Below, one piece after another: positions 34,914-47,257 of a DNA stretch of 64,000 nucleotides (within the stretch, counting starts at the first letter, position 1; each line of letters starts with the position of its first letter). The stretch lies in the NCBI GenBank assembly GCA_002269645.1, contig NIVC01002721.1:62001-126000 (forward strand), given 5' to 3'. Source of the DNA: Macrostomum lignano. Taxonomy: Eukaryota. The notes beneath the pieces are model-generated. The model ran no database searches and was not told where the DNA came from. It worked only from the letters and a program-made list of their open reading frames with translations. The position numbers and the translations under genes are program-made.

Positions 34914-35311
34914 GGGATAGCAACGTTTGCCAGCCGACGTTTGCCAACGGGACATTTGCAGGCGGTAATTGGTTTTATAGAATTATGCCGCGTTCTAGTG
35001 GGCAGTTGTTTGTTAGTAAACTGTACTAGTGAGCAGTTTTTTGTTATGAATAGTAACCTGTATATTTAGTAGCAGTAGTAGGGAGCGAGGTGGGGTTAGA
35101 TTAGTGCTATGTCCGCAGTTTTCAAATTGAAGTACATGTAAGCCTAGAGAGTGCAGAATTCTTTAACCGATTACTGTCTGCAAAAGTAAATGTCCGGCTG
35201 TCAAACGTCAGCTGGCGAACGTCGGCTGGCAAACGTCCCGCTGGCAAACGTCGGCTGGCAAACGTCCCGCTGGCAAACGTCGGCTGGCAAACGTCGGCTG
35301 GAAAACGTCCC
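34914..35311. mobile_element. ~400-bp MITE with GGG...CCC ends (Mutator-like)
   Basis: Inverted ACGTTTGCCAGCCG subterminal motifs; 9-bp TSD with one mismatch (GGCGGAAAT 34905-34913, GGTGGAAAT 35312-35320). Confidence 0.7.
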
Positions 35312-35995
35312 GGTGGAAATGATTGATACTTTGCTGGAAGAAGCGTCCACATATACAGCTTTGACTGACCAAGATCTGGATGAAATTGCCAAGATGGAGG
35401 ATGCCAAGATGGAGGACACGGGAAGCCATCACTTATCTGCCGTACGAGTTCCTCAGTCGATAGCGCTTTACCCACTGGTCTCAAAGCAGTAGAAGATCCG
35501 GCTTGCGCATCAGGGATGTCAACTTCTTCCAGTTTCTACCCGAAAAACTCATCCATCAGGCCAAATTCCAACTGTTGATCCATTGTCTGAGCCTTCTTAT
35601 TAGGCAAATAAAAAAGTCGTTTTATTGGGAGTGAAGATTCTGCGGGGCGTTCTAGACACCCATACTCTACAGCGAGGACGATGATAATTGAATGTCCATT
35701 GCATGAAGTAATGTAATGTATTCCTCAGAATACACTGTCTGTGGCAGAAAGCGTATTCTGAAGAGTGTTGATCTTTTACTGACGTACACAAAAACATCGG
35801 CGTCCTGAAAAGCCAAAATGAAATCGTCTAGGGCAATAGTCGAATATAGTCATGGTACCAGTACAATTGTCTTGGGTCGCTATCGCAAGTAGCAATAAGG
35901 AGAAATCAAAGAACTGAACAACAAGCAATAACGTTCTTCAACAAGTATACATGTATTTGCACCCGTAGACAAAGAGATTCTTCCAACCTTGAGCG

Positions 35996-37638
35996 ATGCA
36001 GCAGGACTTCTTGCATCAGCGCATGCCGGACCACGCGCTCAGCTGCATTCTGCACCGCCTGGACCTGCGCAGCTTTGCCGCCTGTCTGCCGGAGCTGGCA
36101 CTGTCGAATCGACGACAGCCGCGTTCTGGAAGCGGCCCGGACCTCCTGGCACCTGTGCGCGATGTTAACCGGCGGTCAGGCTTGGAAGGTGGCCATCCAG
36201 AGAGGCTTGGTGTGCTCGGAGCTGGAGGAGAGGGTCGTGACCTCCGAGGACGAGCTGGTGTCCATTCTAGAGGACCTGAAGCTGCTGGGCATGGTGAGTT
36301 CCTGAAGCCATGCAGGAAGTATTTATTTACCTAGTTTAAACTAGCACTATACTACAGTATAGCTAGTTTCATTATTGCAACGACAGAGGTCATAGAGAGG
36401 TTATGCATAGCTGGAATCCATGGCCGTCATAGCATAGTATCGAGGGGTTCATAGCTGGTCCCCGAAATCCACTTGCAGCATGATCAAACGGGCAACGGAG
36501 GCCTGAAGATGTACACCAGGATGCTGGACTGCCGCATGCTGCATCGAACTTTCCGAGTGCCACAGGTGTTCGCTGATGTCAGCTACATGACGCGGTACTG
36601 CTCCACCTCCTGGGTGGGCCTAGCGCTGTGTTAGCGAAATGGAGTCAATGGGGGCGTGCTAGCGGTGCCTTTGAAGCCGGGCAGAAGCGGCCTGGGCAGA
36701 GATGAAGCTCTAATTCAGGTTCAGATTCGGGTTATGATTCCAACCTCCATGGCTTTTGACGTTGTCATGGCAACACACAAGTGCCCCACCTGCGGGGACA
36801 CACAGCTGCTGCTACTGAACAGTTTCTTGGTGGACCAGCTGAAGCTGTGGTCGCTGCCGCCCGCTGGCGACTCCTTGAAGAATAATATGTCGCCTGTGCT
36901 AACGCAGCCGCACAGCGTCCTGCACGACGTCACGAATGATGCCGGCAACGAAGAGGGGCTTCGTATGCTGCAGGTGGCGTCGCCTGTCGAGTCGGAGTTT
37001 GCCGTGATGAACAGCAACGAGTGCGACACTCGGACCACCGTTAGCTTCGTCCGCGCCGCTTGCCGCCAGCTCAGCCTCATCCGAAGCCACATCAGCCTGG
37101 GCGGAGACGAGTGTGGCTTCATTGCGGACTTCAGCGACGGCGTTCTCGTCACCATGGTGATTGACAGCCTTCGCCGACGTCGTGGGCAGACTCGGCACCA
37201 GCGGAGACTTCGAGTGACTCGTCACGTGCTGACTGGGCCGAGCTGCCAAGTGCAGGCTGAGACCTTCCTGTACAACTGCCCCATGCCGTCCTCTGAGGTG
37301 CCCGACTCCCGTCCCGAGCTGCTTGGCCACGGCAAGAAGCTGCTGTGCGTTAACTTCGTTAAGCTGCAGCGCCTGGCTCTGTACCGACCGCGATATCCGC
37401 AGCCTCTGGTCGTCATCAACTTTTCCCACCCACTCAATAATTCATATTTCTCGTGGCCAGTTGGAGACTGGCTTGACCGCGGCATCGACCCTGAGAGGCA
37501 GAGCTGCCCGCTGCTGCTGGTTTTGGGGTTTCAGTGGATAATCCGTGCCCAGCCACCTGCTGAGCTGGACCTGCGCCAAGGAGGTCCCGGAGACCGCCGC
37601 TGTGTGGCAACAGGCCGTGCGGCTTGGCAGCTTCGGGT
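35996..37638 (+). pseudogene. F-box protein paralogue (copy 2), disabled
   Basis: Same exon layout (donor ggcatg|gtgagt near 36294). Lesions: an 8-nt deletion in the F-box near 36084, an in-frame TAG at 36632-36634, and a frameshift near 37530-37545 (the SHLLS...AVWQ...GSE* tail lies in another frame). Confidence 0.8.
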
Positions 37639-37696
37639 CCGAGTGACGGACTGCTGCATCTGAGTCTCCATTTACCAATTAAAGTTGTTTTTTGTT

Positions 37697-37987
37697 AATA
37701 ATAATGGCAATAGATTATTACACCTACCCCAGTTGGACCAGATGTGCAACCGACAGCTCAGCCACAGTTATTGCGCGGCGCATCTGAAGGCTGCTTTCGG
37801 CTGTGTCAGTTCGCACACCCTCAATTACCTCAGCTAATGCCAGTACAGCTGGGTGAACTGCAGCAATGCAGAGTTAAGCAAGTGTCTTGCTTGCTCAAGG
37901 ACACAAACTGTTTCAGTGGGATCGAGAATCGAACCCCCGACCTTCAAGTCGCGAGTCCGACGCTCTAAACCACTAGGCTACAATCCC
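37697..37987 (-). mobile_element. tRNA-derived SINE (second family)
   Basis: The minus strand starts GGGATTGTAGCCTAGTGG (A box) ... GGTTCGATTCT (B box), followed by TGTGTCCTTGAGCAAG (CORE-like) and an (ATT)n tail. 9-bp TSD TTTTTTGTT (37688-37696 and 37988-37996). Confidence 0.8.
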
Positions 37988-40519
37988 TTTTTTGTTTGTT
38001 GAATAGGGATTTAACCCCAGTGATACATTTTTGTGACCCTGCTTTTTTTAGCTATAGTCAGAAACTATAGTCTGAAACTATAGATTATGATCCTAAATTA
38101 ATGCCCCAAAACTTTTTTTGATATTCGAGAAAAATTAGGAGTAAAAGTTTGTTTTAGGGCGGCTGAAGGGCCGCAGGCTGGAAGGGGGCTAGAGAATTTC
38201 ATATGCATTTCAGATGTTAAATTACATATTTTACTCGTAATGGATGGCCCAACCGATTACAGAAAGCAAATAAGTGAATAACCCCCAAATAGGATAACGA
38301 CCGAAGTGACACCGTCACATGTTTCTATGGCGACCTAGCGTGTACTGATATTTAATTTAAGGCACGCAAATATTTAATTAACTATTTTTGGAACGCACTA
38401 TACACATGTGCATGGCTCTAATGAAGTGAACTGAATTATTTAACCCTGATCTAATCAATGATCAATGATGTCAATTTTAAATTTTTTGTATGTCACTTTT
38501 AAGCCTACATATGTAGGTACAATGTTTATTAAAAATTAATGTCAGCCTACTGCTAGTGTTAAATTTAATACGATATTAACCTTACCATCTAGCTTTGTCT
38601 GTACGTCAGTCAATCTTCGTTTATATCACTAGACCTACGGAATCAGATAGGCTCGGCTGGGCCTGGGTCTATAAATTTAAATATTATGTTTCGATTGAAT
38701 CGTTGTCAAATTTTACTGGTGCTCATAAATACGTATAAAGTATTAAAATACTTTTTAAAATGAAGCTTTAAATTATGCCGTGAAGTGATTTTAATAGGCA
38801 AGCTATATAAATTTAAATTAGCTATCTGAATGACTTGAAATAATTTTTCTTCATTCTTTAAACTTCAAGGACTTTTCCAGAGACAAGTTTAGTTGTTTAG
38901 CTAATTTATGTTTTAGCCTGTCAGGACTCAGCACAGAAGCAGCCATTCAGAAGCAGTTGTGGCATGCGGGAGACGATTTGTGCAGTCATCTGTAGGCCAG
39001 ATGAAGGCCAAAAAGTCGCCAGCCCATACATCAGGCAACAACTTGAAATATCTTGCAAGATCTTGAGAAACACGTGTGAAATCTTATAAGATCCTTAAAA
39101 CTTTCTTGCGAAATCTTGTCAGATCTTATCAGATCTGCAAAAAAAACTTCAAGTCAGATCTTATATTTTTTTAGCAAAAATCATAGGAAATTTTAAGTAA
39201 GATCTGTCAAGTTTGCTCAAGTCATTGTCAACTAGGGATTGTTGTTGAGCCACAAATGTCTGGGTAGGTTATTTGGTTGTTCTCAAGTTTAAATTCACTT
39301 ATCAATAAGATATGTGCTACCGGTTTTGAACTTAGAGTTGATTTTGCGTCCTTAACTCGGGTTGTATTTAACAGTAGAAAGATCACACTGTTTTTCCCCA
39401 TCGGGAAAGACCACGGGGTGTATTACAAATGCACACGACCCATTTCACGATAGCTCGCAAACCGAATTACCGATTTTCGTAAAATTCCACCTTTTAAAAT
39501 CAAAATTTTCGGCCCTTTCAACTTTCAAAGTCATCCAACGTCACATCCGTCGAGATATTCAACGATTCTTGTCGAAGACACTGGTGGCAAGGACAACCAA
39601 CACTACACTGTATAAACCTTTATTGTGAATCCATATTGGCTCAATAATCTGGGTTCATCTGTCTTAGAGCGTAGAGGCCTTTGTTCTCAGCATACCAGGC
39701 ACCAGGGCCCCCTTCATCTCCATCTGGAGCATCGGCGGCGACCGTCGGGACCTTCAACAAAAGCACCCGATTGGCATCTCAGAGACGGCTGCGTTCCCAA
39801 AACTGAAATGGAAGAATCCTCTTCTGCATGCAGCATTCAGTCAGTAGACATAATCAGTGAATGAAATGGACGATGGTGACCCTCTAGGCTGACCTGTAGA
39901 CATACAGGCGACCTTCGGGACCTTCAACAGTGCCACCACGCGCCACGTGCCCCGACGAGCTGACACCGCCAGCATGGTGATTTTTCTATCAAGGCACCAA
40001 ACCAGGCGCGGCATGTCTGCACATTATGCAATGGTCCTGCACCATGTTCAGCACTGGTACACTGGACGACCTTCGGGACATTCAATGGAGTGCCACCACG
40101 AGGGCCTGACAAGCTGGCACCCCACCATGTTGAACATGGTGCAGGACCATTCTTCTAGTCTTTCTATTGTTAACTGTCTTGATAAACTTTCTTACTATCC
40201 CTGTGTGCTCTTTTGAATAATGTAGTCATTAGAGTTGTTCTAGTTGTCAGTTAATTTCGTTTTATTTTTTTTAATCAAACGTTTCCAAACACATAAGCAT
40301 TTATTGTTATTGGTTACATCTCTTGGTTTAGTTGACTTGGCTTTATCATTTCTTTGATTTATTATTTATTCCGAAAGATTTTGCTTGTAGGCTGTCAATG
40401 ACGGTGGCTCCCAGTTTCCAAGATTTTTTAACGACGTTAAGGATTCTGTGTTGTAATTAACTAACGCGAGTTCATTTTTAAAGACTGATAACAGCTCCCT
40501 CAAAGAGTAGCTTGAATCC

Positions 40520-41230
40520 GCCGTCTGCAGATCCCCATTAACCCATCTGCAGATCCCCATCATTCCATCTGCAGATCCCCACCATTCGATCTGCAGATCC
40601 CCACCATTCCATCTGCAGATCCCCACCAACCCATCTGCAGATCCCACAAACCCATCTGCAGATCCCCATTAACCCATCTGCAGATCCCCACCAACCCATC
40701 TGCAGATCCCCATTAACCCATCTGCAGATCCCCATCATTCCATCTGCAGATCCCACCATTCGATCTGCAGATCCCCACCATTCCATCTGCAGATCCCCAT
40801 TAACCCATCTGCAGATCCCCACCATTCCATCTGCAGATCCCATTAACCCATCTGCAGATCCCCACCAACCCATCTGCAGATCCCTACTAACCCATCTGCA
40901 GATCCCCACCATTCCATCTGCAGATCCCCATTAACCCATCTGCAGATCCCCACCATTCCATCTGCAGATCCCCACCATCCCATCTGCAGATCCCCACCAT
41001 CCCATCTGCAGATCCCCACCATCCCATCTGCAGATCCCCACCATCCCATCTGCAGATCCCCACCATCCCATCTGCAGATCCCCACCATCACATCTGCAGA
41101 TCCCCACCATCCCATCTGCAGATCCCCACCATCCCATCTGCAGATCCCCACCATCCCATCTGCAGATCCCCACCATCCCATCTGCAGATCCCCACCATCC
41201 TATCTTCAGATCCCCACCATCCCGTCTGCA
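40520..41230. repeat. 22-bp minisatellite (CCCATCTGCAGATCCCCACCAT)n
   Basis: Direct units; they explain the MGWWGSADG ORFs. Confidence 0.95.
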
Positions 41231-41604
41231 AATCCCCAATTCCCCGACAAGGACAACTGAAGTTACGTTATTTAAGTTGTCCTTGTTCCCCGACCCCATC
41301 CCATTCCATTTTTTATGAAAAAACCTACATAGTGACTGAAATAGTTTATAAACGCATATACCCATGACTACTAATATAGTTAGTGAATATGTAATTATGT
41401 AAACTAATTTATATTGTCATTAAGTTGACTTTAAAAGCATTACGATCTGATTTAGATATGATGCTCCCTCCTTTTTGACCACCTGGTAATTAAAAGCATT
41501 ACTTTATTGCTTATAGTTCACATATTTAATGGGTATGCATAAATTTTGTACTTTTTCAAGCAGCAATCCAAATATTATCATTCCTACGATAATTTCCAGA
41601 GAAA

Positions 41605-42434
41605 ATGGCTGCTGCAGCTTCCGAATCGTGTGAAACTGAACTCCATGATCAAATTAAAAAACTGCGTAATTGGCTGCGGCAGTCAGAAGATGTTCGTGAA
41701 CACCCTCCTCCGGGGCATATACAATGTACCCATTTTCGGATTTGGATTGGGATATGACTTCTGTCGATTGGTTGGAAGCAATTTTGGAATTAGAAAGAGA
41801 AGGTTACTACACTTATGATTCCTACCAATGGGTTGACGTGTCAAAAATATACCACTTCAATGATAAAAACCGAAAAGTAAAACCAGATCCAGCAAGGCGA
41901 GTATGGAAGCCTGACAGTTTCCAATACTTAAAAAAGCAGGTTGATGAACAGAAAGAAATCTCGCCTGTTTTACTATCTCCTTCTGATGAGCATCCGGGAC
42001 AGTATGATCTAACTGATGGAATCCATAGGATTGCTGCCGTTCACCATCACGGATATACATCCATTTTAGCTCGGGTGACAAACATTCGATCTCCGGATAG
42101 AACAAAAATGCCACCGCTGTTGACTGACCACTATCCATTTTGGCTCAATTACTCACACGTGTGCTCAGTGGCGGGTACGATTGGTAGTGAAATTCAGAGT
42201 TTTAATAACTCCACATTTCTAGCAAATGAAACAGAAGTAACTGTTAATGTGTGCAGTCTTTCCTGCGCTAATAAGTTTCAAATTGAGTCGGCTCAAGCTG
42301 CGGATAATTATAACTCGTGGAAAGCCAAAAACATTAAAGGCTCCTTTGAGACGTGCAAAGGGTCTACCGGTGAATTCAGCTGTGATTCTATTGAAGAAGC
42401 GGCTAAGTTTCTGGCAGGCAAAATGTGCAAATAA
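41605..42434 (+). CDS. ParB/Srx-fold domain protein, intronless; 236-aa ORF from 41724, probably extended to ATG 41605 across a 1-nt frameshift
   Basis: ISPVLLSPSDEHPGQYDLTDGIHRIAAVHHHGYTSILARV fits the ParB N-terminal pattern PI-V...Y-I-DG-HR--A--LG---I-A-V. Acceptor tttccag at 41599; AATAAA overlaps the stop. Confidence 0.65.
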
Positions 42435-43079
42435 AGTTTAACTTTAAAACTGCGTAAAAGGTTGTGTAGCAGGTGTAGCTGTGCTTAGTGTTCAATGTTC
42501 TATGTTAATGTTGTAGCAGGTATGATTTTACTTATTTGTTCTGTCTGTCTCTAAGCTATGACTCTTTCTTGGAAAATTCCTAAGTTCACTCGATTTCTTA
42601 GAAATCTCGTGGTAGCTGTGAGTGTCTGAGCGGTAAGACACTGTCTAATTTCCTAAACTAGTTCGAAAGTATTGTATTGTAAAGTATTGTAATACTTTAT
42701 TGAAAGTATTAAAAGTAACTCTAAAATGTAGTGTTCTTCGTTTGTTAGTTATTCTTCTGGCGTCACTGAGAAGCTTCTTGATACTCGTATTGGAAGTCCA
42801 TAAGGCTCTCTCATTTTAACTGTTTAACTGTATCTATACCCATGCTACGCTTTGCAAACTTTTTTACTCCTAACGTAGTAAAAGATAAAAATTAAAGCAA
42901 CGATCAGCGCTTAGCTATTCACTCAGTCTAAGTATCACAATAATAACGTACATGTACGTGTGATAATTAAAGTTCAATTGCGATTTGCAGGATGCATATT
43001 GCAATCCCCGTGCAAAATTTAAAAAAAAACTTTCGAGCAATACACTTTCAAGAAAATATCCCTACCAAAATTGCTACAA

Positions 43080-44029
43080 CAAAACAACAACAACAACAAG
43101 AAAATACAGTCACAGTTAGAGCAGGGCGCGTCAGTCGATGGCGCGCCGCAGAGCCTGGGAGCGAACAAAGTCAGCTCCGTTGGCAGTGTCGGGCGCCCCA
43201 GCGTCGCACAGCAGGCAGTCCACGTATCGACGGGTTCGGGCCTGACCCCGCCTGAACGGACCCTGCAAGGTAAGCAGCAGGACGTCCTGAACAGGTTGGG
43301 GGCAGTAGCCCTCGGCCCGGATCACGTGACCCGCCAGTTGAGGTCGCCGCCGGCGCAAAATGATGGACGGGCGCTGCAGCTTGGCCCGATCGTACAGGAC
43401 CTCGATCCCGACGCTCTCGTCAGCTGGAAAGCCGCACGGAGCAGCCCTGAGTGCGCCGAGTCCAGCTGCCGCTCAAGCGTAGCCGTCAGCGTCCACGTCT
43501 CGGCGTTGTAGAGCAGGACGGTTTCGACCCCCGCCTGCCACAGCCGAGCCCTCTGGCGGTCGGGCAGCGCTTCGGACTGGGGGACGGCTCGGATCGAACG
43601 AAAGGCCGCCCAGGCAAGTCCTCTGCGCCGCCGGAGGTCCTCTTCCACGTGGGGCACCAGACCGCCGAGGTAGGTGAACCGCTGGCAGCGTGCGAGCCTG
43701 GTCGTCTGCCCGTCTGCGCCGCGGCACGTCAGGTCCGCTGGGAATGTCGGCCGGCACAGTCAGCACCTCGGTCTTCAGCGTGTTGACGATCAGACCGACG
43801 CTCGATGCCACCTCGACCAGCCTGTCGATCTGGCGCTGGGCGCCTTCAACGGACGAGGACAGGAGGGCGAGGTCGTCGGCGTAGCCAAGCACGCTTAGGC
43901 GCTTTTCGCCGTGGCGGTGACCGATGCGTCTGCGCAGCAGGAAGCCGTCATCAGCCGAGGGGAGAGCGGTCCGAAGCACCCAGTCCAGAAGCAGCACGAA
44001 GAGGAACGGCGCTAGCGTGTTCTGTTCTG
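43080..44029 (-). mobile_element. 5'-truncated LINE (RT C-terminal half), complete insertion
   Basis: TLAPFLFVLLLDWVLR...GYADDLALL...GLIVNTLKTEVL motifs with frameshifts, a (TTG)n tail, and the 12-bp TSD AAATTGCTACAA (43068-43079 and 44030-44041). Confidence 0.9.
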
Positions 44030-44312
44030 AAATTGCTACAAAAAGGCAATTCAATATTCATATTCAACACGAAGCTTCTAAAAATTTGAGAAACAATTCG
44101 CTTGCAAGAATCGCGAGATTTTCGTGGTGTCCAATTGCAATTCTTGGTAATTGGTTGTCACAAATTATGATGAAACCTTTTTTAAAGCTTATAAGTTATG
44201 ATCATGCTTTATAATATATATTGAACTCGTTTTCATTACATTATATATTATCATTTATGGTAAATGTCAAAAAATTGCGCCAATATGTTGCATGTACACT
44301 ACAATGAAGAGT

Positions 44313-44882
44313 CTAACAAATGCCTCCAAGACTCAACGACAGCTCATATTCCATCCCGCCGCCACTGTTCAAGTGCCTGCCCAGCTGTAGAGGATGGTTA
44401 ATCTCAGTTATCTGTCGCGGCCACTCAGTCTTGACAATCCTGATGGAGCTGTCCGCAATTACTCGTCGTGGCGGCAGCTCGTCGAACTCCATGGTTCTCT
44501 CGCCAGCTTTGAGACAGTTAATCAAGCCGCCAAGTTCTTTGTCCGTCTGTATGTGGCCTATCCGTGTGCCGTTGTCGATGATAAACATCAATTCGCCGAT
44601 GTACAACTGGACAGTAATGCGACTATACTCTGTAGCTGCGATGGTGACTTTATGAATAGTTAGCCACCACCATTCGATGTTGTCTGGGCACAGAAAGTCA
44701 GCAACTGCTACAGCTGGAAGTAATTGAAGACAGCCCAGCAACACCAGCAATGAACACGAGCTGCACAATGCAAGCTGCACGATTTTAGTAGGCTGAAATG
44801 TTGTCATTGTTATATATTGGTCCATAAATATATATTTGAATTCTGCCCACAAAATCAGCACCTAAAACCCTATACTTACCAT
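44313..44882 (-). CDS. Small secreted protein S1 (~160 aa), unknown family
   Basis: ATG-only first coding exon (44882-44880, donor gtaagt), 87-nt intron, exon 2 44792-44313 in phase 0. Hydrophobic signal-like N-terminus, CPDNIEWWW, and C-terminal MEYELSLSLGGIC*. Confidence 0.7.
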
Positions 44883-45176
44883 ATCAAACGGCAAAGCTTT
44901 GAAGTGGCAATGGAAAACTTGCGTCTATGAAGAAAAATTCATTTTAATTTTACGCTCTAGTATAATATTATATGTATGTGCTGATAAGTGAAGTGGTATA
45001 CACTAGAGCGATGTCAAATTCAAAAATAAAATTTGTTTAAGCGATTGTCTATCTATGGCTTTTGTACATTGCATCGAATGTACTTTTCATCTATGCGTCT
45101 AAAAATAGCGAATGAACCTACCTTGACCACTAAAGTTCCACTGAAAGTCTTGTTGTAAAAAGTTATCTCGAAAAAA

Positions 45177-47115
45177 GGGGATGTCAACTCAAGCACCAGA
45201 ATGGAGCCCGAAGTTTAGCTCCAGACCAAACCGACTGCAATCGATAACTTCTCGGCCCAGATGACTAGAATCGCCGAGACATCCCATCCGGGTCTCTTCC
45301 TTGGGGTCCCAGGGGATAAAGGGGATAAAATGGGGATCTCATGTCAACTTAAGGCTCTAGAATGGAGCCCAAAGCAAGGCTCTAGACCAAACCGACTGGA
45401 ATCAGCAGATTAGACATTGTTATCGAGAACTCAATGGCAAAGTACAATCGGGCACATCCAGGTTTTGAATCATTGAAACAGCTGCCACCGTCATGGACAG
45501 GGCTATCGTTGTTCGAATTCCGTTAGAATTTCATGCGCTGAGTGTTCTTGTCCAACGAACTGGACGAAATTGAGCAGCTGCACTTCAACGGCGATCTGAC
45601 GCGAGGGCTAACTAACTCCTCTGCTAACACAAGGGCATGGATTTCCGTCAATCCGCTGGTCCAAGGGCATGGAGATCCAAAAAGCTGGGGGTTCCCCCGA
45701 ATTCACACAGAGAATTTGACAGAGGTTTCGGTGGGTCCGTATCAACTAAATCAAGCCGATGATTACATTCAAAACATTCGTGCCAAAAAGGTTCTCGGTA
45801 GCTATACGAAGGTGACTCCTGAAGAGACTTTCAGTCGCTCACATCCGAACATCTGAGCCACCTGAAGTGTTGGAAGTTTCGGCAAGAGTCGTCCCAGTCA
45901 GAAAACTGAAACAACCTATTCGGTCGGTGGCATCCGTCTTGGATTTTTCTAGCTGTCGTTTTCTCGCGCCATAATTCGAAATCTTACCACGTGATTCTTA
46001 GAGTGTGTGACAGCAGCGGACAATCGCTTTGGTTTTAGAGATCCAGGATTGCAACTTCCTCATGGCTACTATTCGTCTGCAAAAGCTGGAAATACGACTG
46101 CAGGCTGCGATTGTCATGTAATGGCAGTGCTCAAACTCCTGGGCTGCTACGCTTAACCACCAAGATAGCTATCGAAGGTCTGGTGCTAGCCTTCGCTTTG
46201 TTGATTCCGCTCTTCCACGCAACGCAGGCTTGTTGCCAGAATTTATACCAGAGAAAATGCTTTACCACAGCAGCGAAAGCCTACTGAGCAACAGTCTAGC
46301 AGACAGCATGAGGAGTTTCAGTCAGCCAGCAGCAGCTCACGATCCAAGCCTCAGCCTTCAAGACTCTTTGGTCTTCAAAACCATGGTCAGCAGTGCTATA
46401 CGCAATTGTTGTTGCACAACTGTTTCACTGCATCAGCAGCGAAGTCCAACTCCTTCAGCCGGTCAGAGGTAGAGCCGTGAACACCGCAATGACCAACCTG
46501 ATGACATCTATGGCGACTGGACCAGCAAGCGTAGATCAACTTGTCAAAGCTATCCGAAGCCGATATCCGCAGCCGTTGTCGCCAAGACAGCAACACTCCA
46601 TGAACGAGGTGCTACAGTGCATTCTGTCAGAGTTGCAGCTGCAGCGTCATTGCCTAATCGAATTTACACTAACTGTACGTGCGGTAGTTGCCTGATTAGC
46701 ACGGAGGAGCTGCTCATAGGAGTTCTGGATAATTGTATCCTCAGAATCTCCTTGCAGGAGTTTTCAACCACACTGTTAACTCTATACTGTCTCTACGCTG
46801 CTTTTACGTCACCAAAGCACGTCCCATGCACCAACACCAACTATGCAGCTGATAGTGCGCTGGAAGTTCAAGTCTCTAACGGCAGAGTGACCCTGATGCA
46901 GAGTGTCCGGAGCTGAACTTCGGGCTCCATTCGAGAGCCTTAAGTTGACATGAGATCCCCATTTTATCCCCTTTATTCCCTGGGACCCCAAGGAAGGGAC
47001 CCGGATGGGACGTCTCGGCGATTCTAGTCGTCTGGGCCGACAAGTTATCGATTGCAGTCGGTTTGGTCCGGAGCTGAACTTCAGGCTCCATTCTGGTGCT
47101 TAAGTTGACATCCCA
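45177..47115 (+). mobile_element. Decayed DNA transposon with ~200-bp TIRs (PIF/Harbinger-ISL2EU-Spy-like, tentative)
   Basis: Long inverted ends GGGATGTCAACT(C/T)AAGCACCAGAATGGAGCC with an internal duplicated motif. Internal remnants: GPYQLNQADDY, FSRHNSKSYHVIL and HGYYSSAKAGNTTAGCDCHVMAVL (degenerate SWIM-like finger). Flanks AAAAAA and TTTTT. Confidence 0.7.
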
Positions 47116-47257
47116 TTTTTCTTGTTCTCTCTTCTTTTAAAGTCGTTTCGAAAGAAACAGAAAGCAAATATAATCAGTTTATGTTAGACTTCAACTTAGT
47201 TCGCAACACAGCTTATAAAACAAAAATTTAGAAGCAAAAAAGCAAAGTCTCGAAGGA

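Noticed and set aside
37921-37987. Possible tRNA gene (also 9010-9083)
   Set aside because: A and B boxes are present, but I could not fold a proper cloverleaf. Both continue into a body, tail and TSD, so they are SINE heads.
39737-40090. Three spaced copies of GGCGACC(G/T)TCGGGAC(C/A)TTCAA, 158-170 bp apart
   Set aside because: The spacing is too long for CRISPR, the flanks are partly homologous, and no frame stays open; this is probably a decayed internal duplication.
40366-41365. Possible two-exon minus-strand gene around the 22-bp array
   Set aside because: An acceptor-like ctgcag and a short open tail exist, but there is no convincing donor, homology or coding signal.
41724-42434. Sulfiredoxin
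   Set aside because: It lacks the FGGCHR catalytic Cys motif and has DGIHR instead.
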